Origin: an uncultured Gammaproteobacteria bacterium
GTDB lineage: Bacteria > Pseudomonadota > Gammaproteobacteria > CAWCPV01
Length of the DNA: 64,000 nt
Assembly: GCA_963797555.1 (NCBI GenBank)
Contig: CAWCPV010000002.1
Span: 96,001 to 160,000 of the forward strand
Direction: 5' to 3'
Positions within the stretch are counted from its first letter, which is position 1. Every line of letters starts with the position of its first letter. The notes under the pieces were generated by a model that was given only the letters and a program-made list of their open reading frames with translations, was not told the origin of the DNA and did no database searches. The translations under genes were made by a program, and so were the position numbers. Below are positions 39,237 to 49,155 of this stretch, piece by piece.

Positions 39237-40561
39237 GGCTGCGGTCCAGCGCACGTCGAGAACGCATCGGGCGATCCCAGCCGTCCGCCGGGGTCGGGAT
39301 AGCGGTACTGCTGGCCCTCGTAGTTCACCAACAGCAGGTCGTCCCCGTCGCGCCCCGCGATGTACTCGGGGATGAGCGGGATCTTCCCCCCACCACCCGG
39401 CGCATCGATGACGTAGGTAGGCACCGCGTAGCCCGTCGTGTGGCCCCGCAGGCCTCGGATGATCTCCAGGCCCTTCTCCACCGGCGTGCGGAAGTGGGCG
39501 GATCCCGAGATGGGGTCACACTGGTACAGATAGTAAGGCTTCACTCGGGCCCTGAGCAGCCCGTGCATGAGGCGGCGCATGAGCGCGACATCATCGTTGA
39601 TACCTGCCAGCAGCACGGTCTGGCTGCCGAGCGGGATACCTGCGTCCGCCAGCCTCCCGCAGGCCTGCTCCGCCTCGGGCGTCAACTCATCCGGGTGCAT
39701 GACATGGACGCTCATCCACAGCGGATGATAGCGTCGCAAGATGCGGCACAGGGCCGGGGTGATGCGTTGGGGTAGCACGAGGGGCACCTTGGTGCCGATA
39801 CGCAAGAACTCCACGTGCTTGATGGCGCGGAGGCGGCTCAGCAGCCACTCGATGCGGTCATCCGGTAGTGTGAGGGGATCGCCGCCCGACAGCAGCACGT
39901 CACGCACCGTGGGCGTGGCCTCGATATAGGCCAGGGCCGCCTCCCACTGGCGGAGGTTGAGGTGATACTCCCCCCCACCGCCGACCAGGCGAGAGCGGGT
40001 ACAGTACCGGCAGTAGGTGGCGCAAGACCCGGTCACGAGGAACAAGACCCGGTCGGGATAACGGTGGACGAGCCCAGGGACCGGGCTGTGGCGATCCTCT
40101 CCAAGGGGATCTTCTGCTTCCCCGGGCGAGCGCAGATATTCACCGTTCACGGTCACCACGGAGCGCCGCAACGCCTGCTGCGGATCCTCGGCATCCAGTA
40201 AGCTCGCGTAGTAGGGAGTGATCCCCAGGGGCAGCGGCCCCTTGTGCCGCTCGATGGCGCTGCGCTCGTCCTCCGAGACCTGAATGAGCAGTGCCAGACC
40301 TCGCAAGTCCTTGATACGGCGTCGCAACTGCCAGCGCCAATCGTTCCACTCGCGTAGCAATGCCTCCGGGTAGTAGCGCCGGCGGAAGCTCTGGGAGCGG
40401 GGACTGATGACTAGGCGGGGGACGGAAGGGCGGGGGCGAGGCTGAGACGCTGCTGGGCGGGTTCCGGCGAGCACGGGGAGATCCCGGGGCCGCCAGCGTA
40501 CCGCGCTGACGGATTCGCCGGGAGGTTCGGATTCCTCGCTGATCAGAGTAGCGTTGTCCAT
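39233..40561 (-). CDS. KamA-family radical SAM/PLP aminomutase (lysine 2,3-aminomutase-like)
   Basis: HRYPDRVL, CATYCRYC (CxxxCxxC), LSGGDPL, YYLYQCD, VIDAPGGGGKIP (PLP Lys). Confidence 0.92.
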   Translation of the reverse strand: MDNATLISEESEPPGESVSAVRWRPRDLPVLAGTRPAASQPRPRPSVPRLVISPRSQSFRRRYYPEALLREWNDWRWQLRRRIKDLRGLALLIQVSEDERSAIERHKGPLPLGITPYYASLLDAEDPQQALRRSVVTVNGEYLRSPGEAEDPLGEDRHSPVPGLVHRYPDRVLFLVTGSCATYCRYCTRSRLVGGGGEYHLNLRQWEAALAYIEATPTVRDVLLSGGDPLTLPDDRIEWLLSRLRAIKHVEFLRIGTKVPLVLPQRITPALCRILRRYHPLWMSVHVMHPDELTPEAEQACGRLADAGIPLGSQTVLLAGINDDVALMRRLMHGLLRARVKPYYLYQCDPISGSAHFRTPVEKGLEIIRGLRGHTTGYAVPTYVIDAPGGGGKIPLIPEYIAGRDGDDLLLVNYEGQQYRYPDPGGRLGSPDAFSTCAGPQP

Positions 40562-40673
40562 GGCGGGAGTACCTGTGGGTCAAGCGAACATCACGCCGGC
40601 CACGACGCGAAGCGTCTTGCGGCCAGAGTAGCGCCCGGACGCCGAATGGCGTACCCGACTCGTGGCCTCGACA

Positions 40674-40689
40674 AGCACAGGCCATGCCA
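40674..40689 (-). promoter_or_regulatory. Sigma54 (-24/-12) promoter of the KamA operon
   Basis: Minus strand TGGCATGGCCTGTGCT (GG-N10-GC), ~110 bp before the ATG, with an AT-rich tract upstream. Confidence 0.7.
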
Positions 40690-40744
40690 ACGAGCTAACT
40701 CACTAATTCAACATAATTTTTGTGCTGCAATCCCCGGTATGGTC

Positions 40745-40892
40745 GGAACTAGTAGTTCCGAGTCGGGCAGCGACGACCGTCACGCGAGGGGATGCTGACG
40801 AGGCATGGAACGGTTATTGTCCATTAAAACAACATGTTATGAACTTCGGAACTTCGAGTTCTGGCCTGCCAAGACCCAGAACTCGCGGTTCC
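40745..40892. promoter_or_regulatory. Three palindromic candidate enhancer (UAS) sites RGAACT-N3-RGTTCY
   Basis: GGAACTAGTAGTTCC (40745), GGAACTTCGAGTTCT (40848), AGAACTCGCGGTTCC (40878). Confidence 0.6.
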
Positions 40893-42323
40893 TATGTCGC
40901 GACCGCGGAGGAGCGAGACTTGAACTCCTCCTTGCGTAGACCGTACTTGCTCATCAGCTTGTGAAGCTGTCTGGGAGTGATACCGGCCGCGTGTGCAGTG
41001 CGGTCGATGCGCCCCTGATGCGCCGCCAGCAACTCCTTCAGATAGCGCCGCTCCAGGCTTTCGGTCCCGCTGCGGCGAACTTCGGCTAGCGTTCGGGTGA
41101 TGTCGAGCGGGAGGTGGGCCTGGCGTGCACTGTCGGCGAACAGTTCCCCAGGAAAGCTCTCGGGGGTGAGCACCGATGTCGTCTCGAGGATGTACGCTCG
41201 TTCCACCAGATTCTCCAGCTCGCGGATATTCCCGGGCCAAGGATAGGCCGCGAACGCGTCCATGACCGCGGGACTGACCGCCAGCATGCGTTTCGAGTGG
41301 AACTGGTTGAGTCTCTCCAGAAAGGCGTCGACCAACGGGGGAATGTCCTCCGTGCGCTCCCTCAAAGGCGGTATCTCGATGGGAAACACGTTGAGCCGGT
41401 AGTAGAGGTCACTCCGCAGGCTGCCCTCGGCCACCATGCGCCTCAAATCGGCATTGGTCGCCGCGATGATGCGCACGTCGGTAGCAATCACCTCTTCGCC
41501 GCCCACGCGTTGCAGCGTGCGCTCCTGAAGCACCTGCAGCAGCTTGATCTGCATCGCCGGCGAGATGGTGCCGATCTCGTCCAGGAACAGGGTCCCGCCG
41601 TGTGCGATTTCGAACTTGCCGAGCTTGCGGCGCACCGCACCGGTAAAGGCCCCCTTTTCGTGGCCGAAAAGCTCACTCTCCAGCAGACCCTCGGGGATCG
41701 CGCCGCAGTGCACGCTGATGAACTGGTGCTGAGCCCGATCGCTGTGGCGGTGGATGAGCCGGGCAAGCACCCCCTTCCCCGTCCCGGTCTCCCCCGTGAG
41801 CAGCACCGTGGTCCGGGTCTTGGCCACGGAACGGATCTTGTTGAACACCTGCTGCATGGCTGGATTGTGGGTGCGGACCAGATCGAGTGAGTCGTACTGC
41901 CAAAACGTGTCCCGTAGGTAGTCCAACTCCCATTGCAGGCGCAGCGACTCCTCGATACTCTCTTTGACGTAGCGAACCTCGTCCGGATTGACGGGATAGG
42001 TGAGGTAGTTGCTCGCCCCTGCCTTCACCGCCTTGACCCCTTCGCGCACGCGGTCCTGGGAAGTCAACACCACCACCTCCGCCCCGGGAAAGTTTTGCCA
42101 CAGCCCCTGCAGGGCGGTTCGATAGTCCCGCTGACCGTTGCCAGAGCCGCTGCCCGGCAACAGGTCGAGGTCGATGAAGACGAACTCATAGCGTCGCCCC
42201 GCCGCGGAGCCGACACCAGACTCGGGGGCGGCGACGACGTCCACGCGGTATTCGGAGCGGAAGGAGTCGCAGATGCCCGCGTGTTCAGCGGCATTGTCCG
42301 AAACGACCAGGATGGATTCTCAC
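40892..42323 (-). CDS. Sigma54-dependent response regulator (REC-AAA+-HTH, NtrC/AtoC-like); probable 1-bp insertion near 42317
   Basis: FVFIDL receiver, GETGTGK, ELFGHEKGAFTGA, FLDEIG, WPGNIRELEN, Fis-type HTH; N-terminus SILVVSD is out of frame with GTG 42323. Confidence 0.9.
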
Positions 42324-43318
42324 GCCCTCCCCCCGAGCACATCCGAGCAGCTTTGGGCGGGCGGGCCCGCGACAGGCGCCGAGCCTGATGCTCGCGGGCT
42401 CATGTCCTCGACTCCTGCGTCCTTGGCGGTCGCAGGTAGCTGACGCTCCAGCAAATGCACCTGCTCGCGCAATTCCTCCACCTCCAACTCCTTCTCCGTC
42501 AGAAGCTCTCGCAGGTTGCGCAGCCGCTTCCGCGGGTCGCGGTAAAGCATACGCTGCACCGCGTCCAAGAGCACCAGGGCCCGGAAAGTCCGGGTAAGGA
42601 CTCCCCGCAGGCGAAAGACGCGGGTAACGCTGGACAGCCTGGCCACCCGCAGCAGGCGCAAGCTGCGCAGGAAGGCAATGAGCGGCAGCAGGATAATGGC
42701 CAGATCCAGCCAGTGCTGCTTGCAGTAACGCAGCTTGTGCTCGGCCACCGAGACCATGACGATGAACTCTCCAGCGAAGGCAACCCAGATGAGGCCGGTG
42801 CCCAAATCCAGTGCCGCCGCCAAGGTGGGCGACTCGGCGACGCGATCCTTTAGCGCGAAGTCCGCTGCGAGCACCGGCAGGATGAGCAGGGCAATGATGA
42901 TCATGGGCACGCTGAAGGCACGCTCCAGACGCCGGTGCAGGTCTCGGTCTACCGTCTGCCAGCCCAGCCGCGGAAGCCAGACCCGGCCGGGGTCGCTCCA
43001 GCGCCGCGCCGCGAGCCGCAGCGGCGGCAGCAGGCAGATCACCAGCGCCCGTGCGTGGTCCCGCGCAGAGCGTCGGCCGAGCAGCCAGCTCTGGACAGCG
43101 CATTCCAGCAGGAAGGGAATCCACAGGACTAGATAGAGCCACAGGAACGCCCGGATCTCCCGATCGTTCAGGTCGGGGCTCTGAAAGCGCTGGATCGCGG
43201 CCGCTGTCACTAACAGAAACGACAGGGAGAGGACGAACATGGGCACCGTCAGGCGCTCCTCGAGTGCCTGCTGCATGCGGCTTCGGCTGTCCCCTACCGA
43301 CTCAGGTCGGGGATTCAT
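42320..43318 (-). CDS. Membrane protein with tandem voltage-sensor-like repeats, no pore, C-terminal coiled coil
   Basis: WVAFAGEF (S2), HWLDLAII (S3), FLRSLRLLRVARL (S4); no TVGYG-type pore; heptad LRELLTEKELEVEELREQV. Confidence 0.7.
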   Translation of the reverse strand: MNPRPESVGDSRSRMQQALEERLTVPMFVLSLSFLLVTAAAIQRFQSPDLNDREIRAFLWLYLVLWIPFLLECAVQSWLLGRRSARDHARALVICLLPPLRLAARRWSDPGRVWLPRLGWQTVDRDLHRRLERAFSVPMIIIALLILPVLAADFALKDRVAESPTLAAALDLGTGLIWVAFAGEFIVMVSVAEHKLRYCKQHWLDLAIILLPLIAFLRSLRLLRVARLSSVTRVFRLRGVLTRTFRALVLLDAVQRMLYRDPRKRLRNLRELLTEKELEVEELREQVHLLERQLPATAKDAGVEDMSPRASGSAPVAGPPAQSCSDVLGGRA

Positions 43319-43325
43319 GGAACGC

Positions 43326-43865
43326 TCAGCCGGCGCGTTCGCGCAGGTATGCATCCTTGAGCCGCACATAGTGTCCGGCGGAGTATTCCAGGAAGCGCAG
43401 CTCCTCGTCGCGCAGCGGCCGGACCCTGCGCGCCGGGCTCCCCAACCACAGGTAGCCCCCTTCCAACTCCTTGCCCAACGTCACCAGACTACCCGCCCCC
43501 ACCACGACGTGTGGCTGGAGCACCGCACCGTCCAGGACCACCGAGCCCATGCCCACCAGAGAGAAGTCCCCTACCGTGCAGGCGTGCAGCACCACCCGGT
43601 GACCGACGGTGACGTGATCTCCGACGCGCAGCGGGTGGCCCCCGGGATCGAACGCCGAGTCGTGCGTCACATGCAGCACGCATCCATCCTGGATGTTGGT
43701 GCCGCGGCCGATGTCGATGGCGTTGACGTCGCCGCGTACCACGCTCATGGGCCAGATCGAGCTGTCATCCCCCACGGTAACGCGGCCGACGACCAATGCT
43801 GTGTCGTCCACATAGGCCGATGGCGCGACTTGAGGCCGGTGTCCCTGGTAGTGGCGCAGAGCCAT
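43326..43865 (-). CDS. Gamma-carbonic anhydrase family protein (YrdA-like)
   Basis: VVRGDVN, TNIQDGCVLH, VGHRVVLHAC hexapeptide repeats. Confidence 0.92.
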   Translation of the reverse strand: MALRHYQGHRPQVAPSAYVDDTALVVGRVTVGDDSSIWPMSVVRGDVNAIDIGRGTNIQDGCVLHVTHDSAFDPGGHPLRVGDHVTVGHRVVLHACTVGDFSLVGMGSVVLDGAVLQPHVVVGAGSLVTLGKELEGGYLWLGSPARRVRPLRDEELRFLEYSAGHYVRLKDAYLRERAG

Positions 43866-45217
43866 CAGCGCAGCGTCACCAGCTCTTCGGCCAGGGTGGG
43901 GTGGATGGCTACGGTGTTGTCTAATTGTGGCTTGGTAGCTCCGATCTGGACGGCTACCGCGAAGCCTTGCAGCAGCTCGTCGGCCCCGGGACCGATGACG
44001 TGGCATCCGACAACCTTTTCCTGGACGCCGACCGTCACCAGCTTCACGGCGGCATTGACCCTGCGCCGACCGATAGCGTGATAGAGCGGCACGAAGTTGC
44101 TCTGGTATACCTTGACCGCAGCCCCGTGTTGCTCGCGAGCCTCCCCCTCCGTCAGACCCACGGTCCCGAGCGGGGGATGCCCGAATACCACCGAAGGAAT
44201 GTTACTGTAGTCCAGCTTGCAATCCGGTTCTCCCCCGAACAGGCGCCTTGCCAAGCGCCTGCCCGCGGCGATGGCCACCGGTGTCAGCGGCGCCCTGCCT
44301 GTCACGTCCCCAATGGCGTAAATGCCGGGCACGTTGGTATTCTGGTACTCGTCCGTCACGATCGCCCCGTGTTCCGCCGTCTCTACGCCGGCCGCCTGCT
44401 GATTCAGGTCCCTCGTGTTCGGGACGCGCCCCGTCGCCCAGAGCAGCACGTCGAAGCTGGAGAGGTAGTGCCCCCCGCTGTGGCACAGCGCTACTGTTCC
44501 GTCGCTTTGGCGCTCGACGTACCCGAGCGGCTGGTTGAATAAGATATCGATGCCATTCGCGCGTAGCTCGTCCATCATGCTCTCGCGCAGCATGACGTCA
44601 AAGTTGGTGAGGAAGTCCTCCTCACCACGCAACACCATCAGCACTTCGCTCCCCAGGGCCTTCAGCACTCCGGCCAGCTCCACGGCGATGTATCCACCGC
44701 CGACCACTGCGACCCGCCGCGGCCGTTGATCCAGCTCGAAGAACCCGTCGGAGGTGATGCCCAGCTCGGCCCCCGGAATGTCCGGCACCACGGGGCGACT
44801 GCCCGTCGCGATCACGATATGCTCTGCCGAGTAGCGCTCGCCGCTCACCTCCACCGTGCGCCCATCGGTGAATCGCGCGACACCTGCCGCGTGTTCCACT
44901 CCGCAGTCGGCCAGGTAGTTCCGATAGCGATCGTTCAGGGTGTGCAGGTAGTTGTCGCGCGCGCCCTTGAGCGCCCCCCAGTCGTGGGTTTCCACAGTCA
45001 GGTGGAAGGCATAGTCCCGTGCATCCTGCAGGGCGTCGGCGATGTGGGCCGCGTACCACATGATCTTCTTCGGGACGCAGCCCCGGTTCACACAGGTCCC
45101 GCCCAGGCGTCCAGCCTCGATGAGTAACGTGGCGGCGCCGAAGTGGGCGGCCCGCTCGGCCACCGAGAGACCCCCGCTGCCGCCCCCGATGGCGATGAGA
45201 TCAAAGTGCCTTCCCAT
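43865..45217 (-). CDS. gor: Glutathione reductase
   Basis: [46 protein letters not shown]. Confidence 0.95.
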   Translation of the reverse strand: MGRHFDLIAIGGGSGGLSVAERAAHFGAATLLIEAGRLGGTCVNRGCVPKKIMWYAAHIADALQDARDYAFHLTVETHDWGALKGARDNYLHTLNDRYRNYLADCGVEHAAGVARFTDGRTVEVSGERYSAEHIVIATGSRPVVPDIPGAELGITSDGFFELDQRPRRVAVVGGGYIAVELAGVLKALGSEVLMVLRGEEDFLTNFDVMLRESMMDELRANGIDILFNQPLGYVERQSDGTVALCHSGGHYLSSFDVLLWATGRVPNTRDLNQQAAGVETAEHGAIVTDEYQNTNVPGIYAIGDVTGRAPLTPVAIAAGRRLARRLFGGEPDCKLDYSNIPSVVFGHPPLGTVGLTEGEAREQHGAAVKVYQSNFVPLYHAIGRRRVNAAVKLVTVGVQEKVVGCHVIGPGADELLQGFAVAVQIGATKPQLDNTVAIHPTLAEELVTLR

Positions 45218-45349
45218 GCTTTAGTCCGCCTGCTCGCCAACCGGCTCGAACACCCCACGCCGACTGCGTCCGGAGCCTTGGCGCCGTGGTGCGCGCGAGG
45301 TTTTGGCGCTAGTATAACGCACTGCCTTCGCGCCTTCCCAAGGGTACAG

Positions 45350-47404
45350 ATGTCCAATCCATTGCTCGATCTGAGCGACCTCCCGCGTTTCTCGATCATC
45401 GGGCCGGAGCACGTGGAGCCAGCGGTGGACCGGGTACTGGCCGACAACCGAGACCGCCTGAAGGGGTTGCTGGCCGAAGAGCGCCCCCACACCTGGGGCA
45501 GCCTGGTGGAGCCGCTGGAGGAGATCCAGGATCGCCTCAACCGCGTATGGTCGCCGGTTCGCCATCTGAACTCCGTGGCAAACTCGGCGCCTCTGCGCGC
45601 CGCATACAACGCCTGCCTTCCCAAGCTCACGGACTATGCCGCGGAGCTTGGCCAGAACGAGGCTCTGTTCAGCGCATTTGTAGGGCTGAAAGGCGGGCAG
45701 GAGTACGCACGCCTCGATGCTGGACAGCGTCGCGTCGTGGACAACGCCTTGCGGGACTTCCACTTGGCCGGAGTAGACCTATCGCCGGCAGCCAAGGAGC
45801 GCTATCGGGAGATCCAGCAGGAGTTGGCTCGCCTCACCAGCCGATTTCAGGACAACGTGCTGGACGCCACCCAGGGATGGAGCAAGCACGTCATGGACGA
45901 GCGCGATCTCGGCGGGTTACCTGAATCGGCGCGGGATCTGGCCCGCCAGGCGGCCGAAGACAAAGGCCTGGAGGGCTGGCTGTTCACTCTCGAGTTCCCC
46001 TCCTATATCGCGGTCATGACCTACGCGGATCGCAGAGAGCTGCGACGCGAAATGTACCAGGCGTACGTCACCCGCGCCTCCGACACCGGCCCCAATGCCG
46101 GCCGTTGGGACAACAGCACTGTCATGGAGCGCATCTTGTCCCTGAGGCACGCGCTGGCCCGCCTCACAGGGTTCGCGAACTTCGCCGAGCGGTCGCTCGC
46201 CACCAAAATGGTCTCGCGGCCCGAGCAGGTGCTGGACTTCCTGCATGACCTCACGGAGCGCTCCCGGCCGCGCGCCCAGCGGGAGCTTGAAGAGGTGCGA
46301 GCCTATGCCCGGGCACAGTCAGGTGCCGACGACCTACAGGTCTGGGACGTCCCCTATTACTCCGAAAGACTTCGCCGGGAGCGCTATGCGCTCACGCAGG
46401 AGGATCTCAAACCTTACTTCCCCGAGCCCCGCGTCCTCCGGGGGCTGTTCGACTTGGTGGGCGCCCTGTTCGGGCTGCGCGTCCGGCAACGGAGCGGCGT
46501 CGAAGTATGGCACCCGGGTGTGCGCTTCTTCGAGATACTCGATTCCAGAGGGGAAGTGCGCGGCCAGTTCTACCTCGACCTGTACGCCCGCGCCAACAAA
46601 CGCGGGGGTGCCTGGATGGACGACTGCGTGAGCCGCCGGCGCACTGCACACGGCGTGCAAACCCCAGTGGCCCACCTGGTGTGCAACCTCTCGCTCGGAG
46701 TGGGCGACAGGCCGGCGCTTTTCACGCACGACGAGGTCATCACTCTGTTCCATGAATTCGGCCACGGGCTGCACCACATGCTCACCCGGGTCGATTACGC
46801 CGCCGTCTCGGGCATCAACGGGGTGGCGTGGGACGCCGTGGAGCTGCCCAGCCAGTTCATGGAAAACTGGTGCTGGGAACGCGTGGTCGTGGACCTCGTC
46901 TCGGGGCACTACCGCAGCGGCGAGCCATTGCCTCAGGCACTGTTCGAGCGCATGCGCGCAGCGCGCAACTTCCAGTCGGCGATGTTCACGGCACGGCAGC
47001 TCGAATTCGCGCTGTTCGATTTCCGGCTGCATTTGGAGTACGACCCGGACCAAGGCCCGCGCATCCAGGAGATCCTCGACGACGTTCGCAACCAAGTCGC
47101 CGTGCTGAGGCCACCGCCTTTCAATAGATTCCAGCACAGCTTCTCGCACGTCTTTGCCGGTGGATATGCCGCCGGCTATTACAGTTACAAATGGGCGGAG
47201 GTGCTGTCGGCAGATGCCTTTGCCAAGTTCGAAGAGAACGGTCTGCCCGATGCGGCCACGGGGGAGCAGTTCCTACATACGATCCTCGAGCAGGGCGGCT
47301 CGCGGGACCCCATGGAGCTATTCGTGGAGTTCCGGGGTCGGCAGCCTTCCATCGAAGCCCTGCTGCGGCACAACGAGATGATCGCGGACACCGAGGTGCG
47401 TTAG
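45350..47404 (+). CDS. prlC: Oligopeptidase A (M3 peptidase)
   Basis: MSNPLL start, KRGGAWMD, LFHEFGHGLH, VELPSQFME, GYYSYKWAE. Confidence 0.95.
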   Translation: MSNPLLDLSDLPRFSIIGPEHVEPAVDRVLADNRDRLKGLLAEERPHTWGSLVEPLEEIQDRLNRVWSPVRHLNSVANSAPLRAAYNACLPKLTDYAAELGQNEALFSAFVGLKGGQEYARLDAGQRRVVDNALRDFHLAGVDLSPAAKERYREIQQELARLTSRFQDNVLDATQGWSKHVMDERDLGGLPESARDLARQAAEDKGLEGWLFTLEFPSYIAVMTYADRRELRREMYQAYVTRASDTGPNAGRWDNSTVMERILSLRHALARLTGFANFAERSLATKMVSRPEQVLDFLHDLTERSRPRAQRELEEVRAYARAQSGADDLQVWDVPYYSERLRRERYALTQEDLKPYFPEPRVLRGLFDLVGALFGLRVRQRSGVEVWHPGVRFFEILDSRGEVRGQFYLDLYARANKRGGAWMDDCVSRRRTAHGVQTPVAHLVCNLSLGVGDRPALFTHDEVITLFHEFGHGLHHMLTRVDYAAVSGINGVAWDAVELPSQFMENWCWERVVVDLVSGHYRSGEPLPQALFERMRAARNFQSAMFTARQLEFALFDFRLHLEYDPDQGPRIQEILDDVRNQVAVLRPPPFNRFQHSFSHVFAGGYAAGYYSYKWAEVLSADAFAKFEENGLPDAATGEQFLHTILEQGGSRDPMELFVEFRGRQPSIEALLRHNEMIADTEVR

Positions 47405-47417
47405 GGAGACGCTCGGC

Positions 47418-48188
47418 GTGCGCACCATCGCCACCTGGAACGTCAATTCCCTGCGCGCCCGGCTGGACCACCTTCGGACTTGGCTCGACCAGGCACGCCC
47501 CGACATCCTCGCAATTCAGGAGACGAAGCTGCCCGACGCGGAGTTCCCCGCCGATCAGATACGCTCCTTCGGCTACGAGGTTCTCTTCTCGGGACAGAAG
47601 GGATACAACGGTGTCGCCATCCTGGGACGGAAGCCCGGCGAGGACCCGGTGACCTCGGTCCCCAATCTCGCGGACGACCAACGCCGCATCCTCGCGGCGA
47701 CCTACGGCGGCGTACGCGTAATCAACGTCTACGTACCGAACGGCGCGTTCGTCGGCTCCAAGAAGTACGAGTACAAGCTCGCGTGGTTGGAGCACCTCGT
47801 GGCGTTCGTGAAGCGGGAGATGCAGCGCCACGTCCAGCTTGCCCTGCTGGGCGACTTCAACATCGCCCCCGAGGATCGCGACGTTTATAACCCGAAGCTA
47901 TGGGAGGGGCGTGTCCTGTGCAGCGAACCGGAGCGCCGGGCGTTTCGAGCGCTGCTGGACCTGGGGCTCACCGACACCTTCCGGGTGTTCGAGCAGGCGC
48001 AGGGCCACTACACTTGGTGGGACTATCGGGGAAGAGCCCTGGAGCGCAATCAGGGACTGCGCATCGACCACCTGCTTGCTACGAACGCTCTGTGCAAGGC
48101 ATGCTCCGCCTGTCGCGTCGACCGCGCGGCACGTGCGTGGGACAAGCCTTCGGACCATGCGCCCGTGGTGGCCGAGTTCGATATCTAA
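47418..48188 (+). CDS. xth: Exodeoxyribonuclease III
   Basis: ATWNVNS, QETK, YVPNG, GDFN, RIDH, SDHAPV. Confidence 0.95.
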   Translation: MRTIATWNVNSLRARLDHLRTWLDQARPDILAIQETKLPDAEFPADQIRSFGYEVLFSGQKGYNGVAILGRKPGEDPVTSVPNLADDQRRILAATYGGVRVINVYVPNGAFVGSKKYEYKLAWLEHLVAFVKREMQRHVQLALLGDFNIAPEDRDVYNPKLWEGRVLCSEPERRAFRALLDLGLTDTFRVFEQAQGHYTWWDYRGRALERNQGLRIDHLLATNALCKACSACRVDRAARAWDKPSDHAPVVAEFDI

Positions 48189-48353
48189 AACGGGCGGGCA
48201 TCGCGGGGCCGAGCAAGGACCCAGCACCAAGCGCTTGTGAATACATCCGCCGCGCGACCCGATGTCGCGATAGGGGCGTCGCGTGGTACTCGCTCGCCTT
48301 GGCCCTCGGGCCGAGTTCTTAACAAGCTCCCGGCCTGGGCGCTGCGGCCCCTG

Positions 48354-48800
48354 TCAGTTCACGATCCTCCAGGTGCCCTGCGGCTGGCGGCAGGCCGTGC
48401 CGTGGCCTTCCTCGCGGTGACCGCCCACGTGGACGTCCACGCTGTACTGGCGGCAGTAATCGCCGCTCGAAGACTGATACGTGCGAACCGGTACCATGCG
48501 CACATCGGCACCGGTCTCGGGGTTGCGCCACGAGGTGGCCTGATCGGTGCGGTTGTTTTCGAGCACCTGTTGCGCTCGCATTTCATCCGTGCGGTCGATG
48601 GAGCGGCCCACCTGTTGACCGACCAGCACGCCGCCGACGATTGCGGTCCCGCTCGAGCCGCGACCGACCTCAGCGCCACCCGTGCCGCCCACACCGGCAC
48701 CGGGACCCGTCCCGGTCTGCTCCTTGGGGCGGGCTTCCGTGCACGCGCCCAGCGGGACGGCCACGGATATCATAACCACCGCTGCAAACAACCTCCTCAT
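48354..48800 (-). CDS. 17-kDa surface antigen-like lipoprotein (RT0821/Lpp0805)
   Basis: LGAC lipobox, Gly-zipper-like segment, WRNPETG, YCRQY, GTACRQPQGTW. Confidence 0.8.
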   Translation of the reverse strand: MRRLFAAVVMISVAVPLGACTEARPKEQTGTGPGAGVGGTGGAEVGRGSSGTAIVGGVLVGQQVGRSIDRTDEMRAQQVLENNRTDQATSWRNPETGADVRMVPVRTYQSSSGDYCRQYSVDVHVGGHREEGHGTACRQPQGTWRIVN

Positions 48801-48897
48801 CAGCTCCGATCCTCAAAGACCGAACGCGTCGTCGGCCGTTCCGATGGACGGCAGCCGAGTGCATCATCCCGGCACCCTCCTTGCCGTGCCAACCAAC

Positions 48898-49143
48898 TCA
48901 GGGATTGTCCGGGTCGCAGGAGCCCTCCATCACCCACACTCCCCGCTCGCATCGCAGCATCTCCAATCCCGAGCACACGAACTCGCCGTGGCGGTGGGGC
49001 TTGCCGTTGAAGTAGCAGAGCGGGGTCTCGGTGATCTCCCGCGCGGCCTCTTCCAGCTCCTCGCTCACCTCTTCGACGATGGGAGATGTCTTCAGCTTGG
49101 GATCCGGCGCGCCGACCTGGGGAACACGCATTCGTGAGCTCAT
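48898..49143 (-). CDS. Small Cys-containing hypothetical protein (DUF1496-like)
   Basis: CYFNG..GEFVCSG..LRC..GVW; GGAGG RBS upstream. Confidence 0.6.
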   Translation of the reverse strand: MSSRMRVPQVGAPDPKLKTSPIVEEVSEELEEAAREITETPLCYFNGKPHRHGEFVCSGLEMLRCERGVWVMEGSCDPDNP

Positions 49144-49155
49144 GGCAGGACCCTC

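Noticed and set aside
39233-40561. EpmB (EF-P modification) or lysine fermentation kamA
   Set aside because: No efp/epmA or kamDE/kdd neighbours; longer than EpmB and operonic with ATP-grasp and acetylation genes
40892-43318. Stop-codon read-through fusion of the voltage-sensor protein with the response regulator (same frame across TGA 42320-42322)
   Set aside because: A GGAGG RBS and GTGA overlap plus one extra base explain it more simply, given the many indels in the window; reads should confirm
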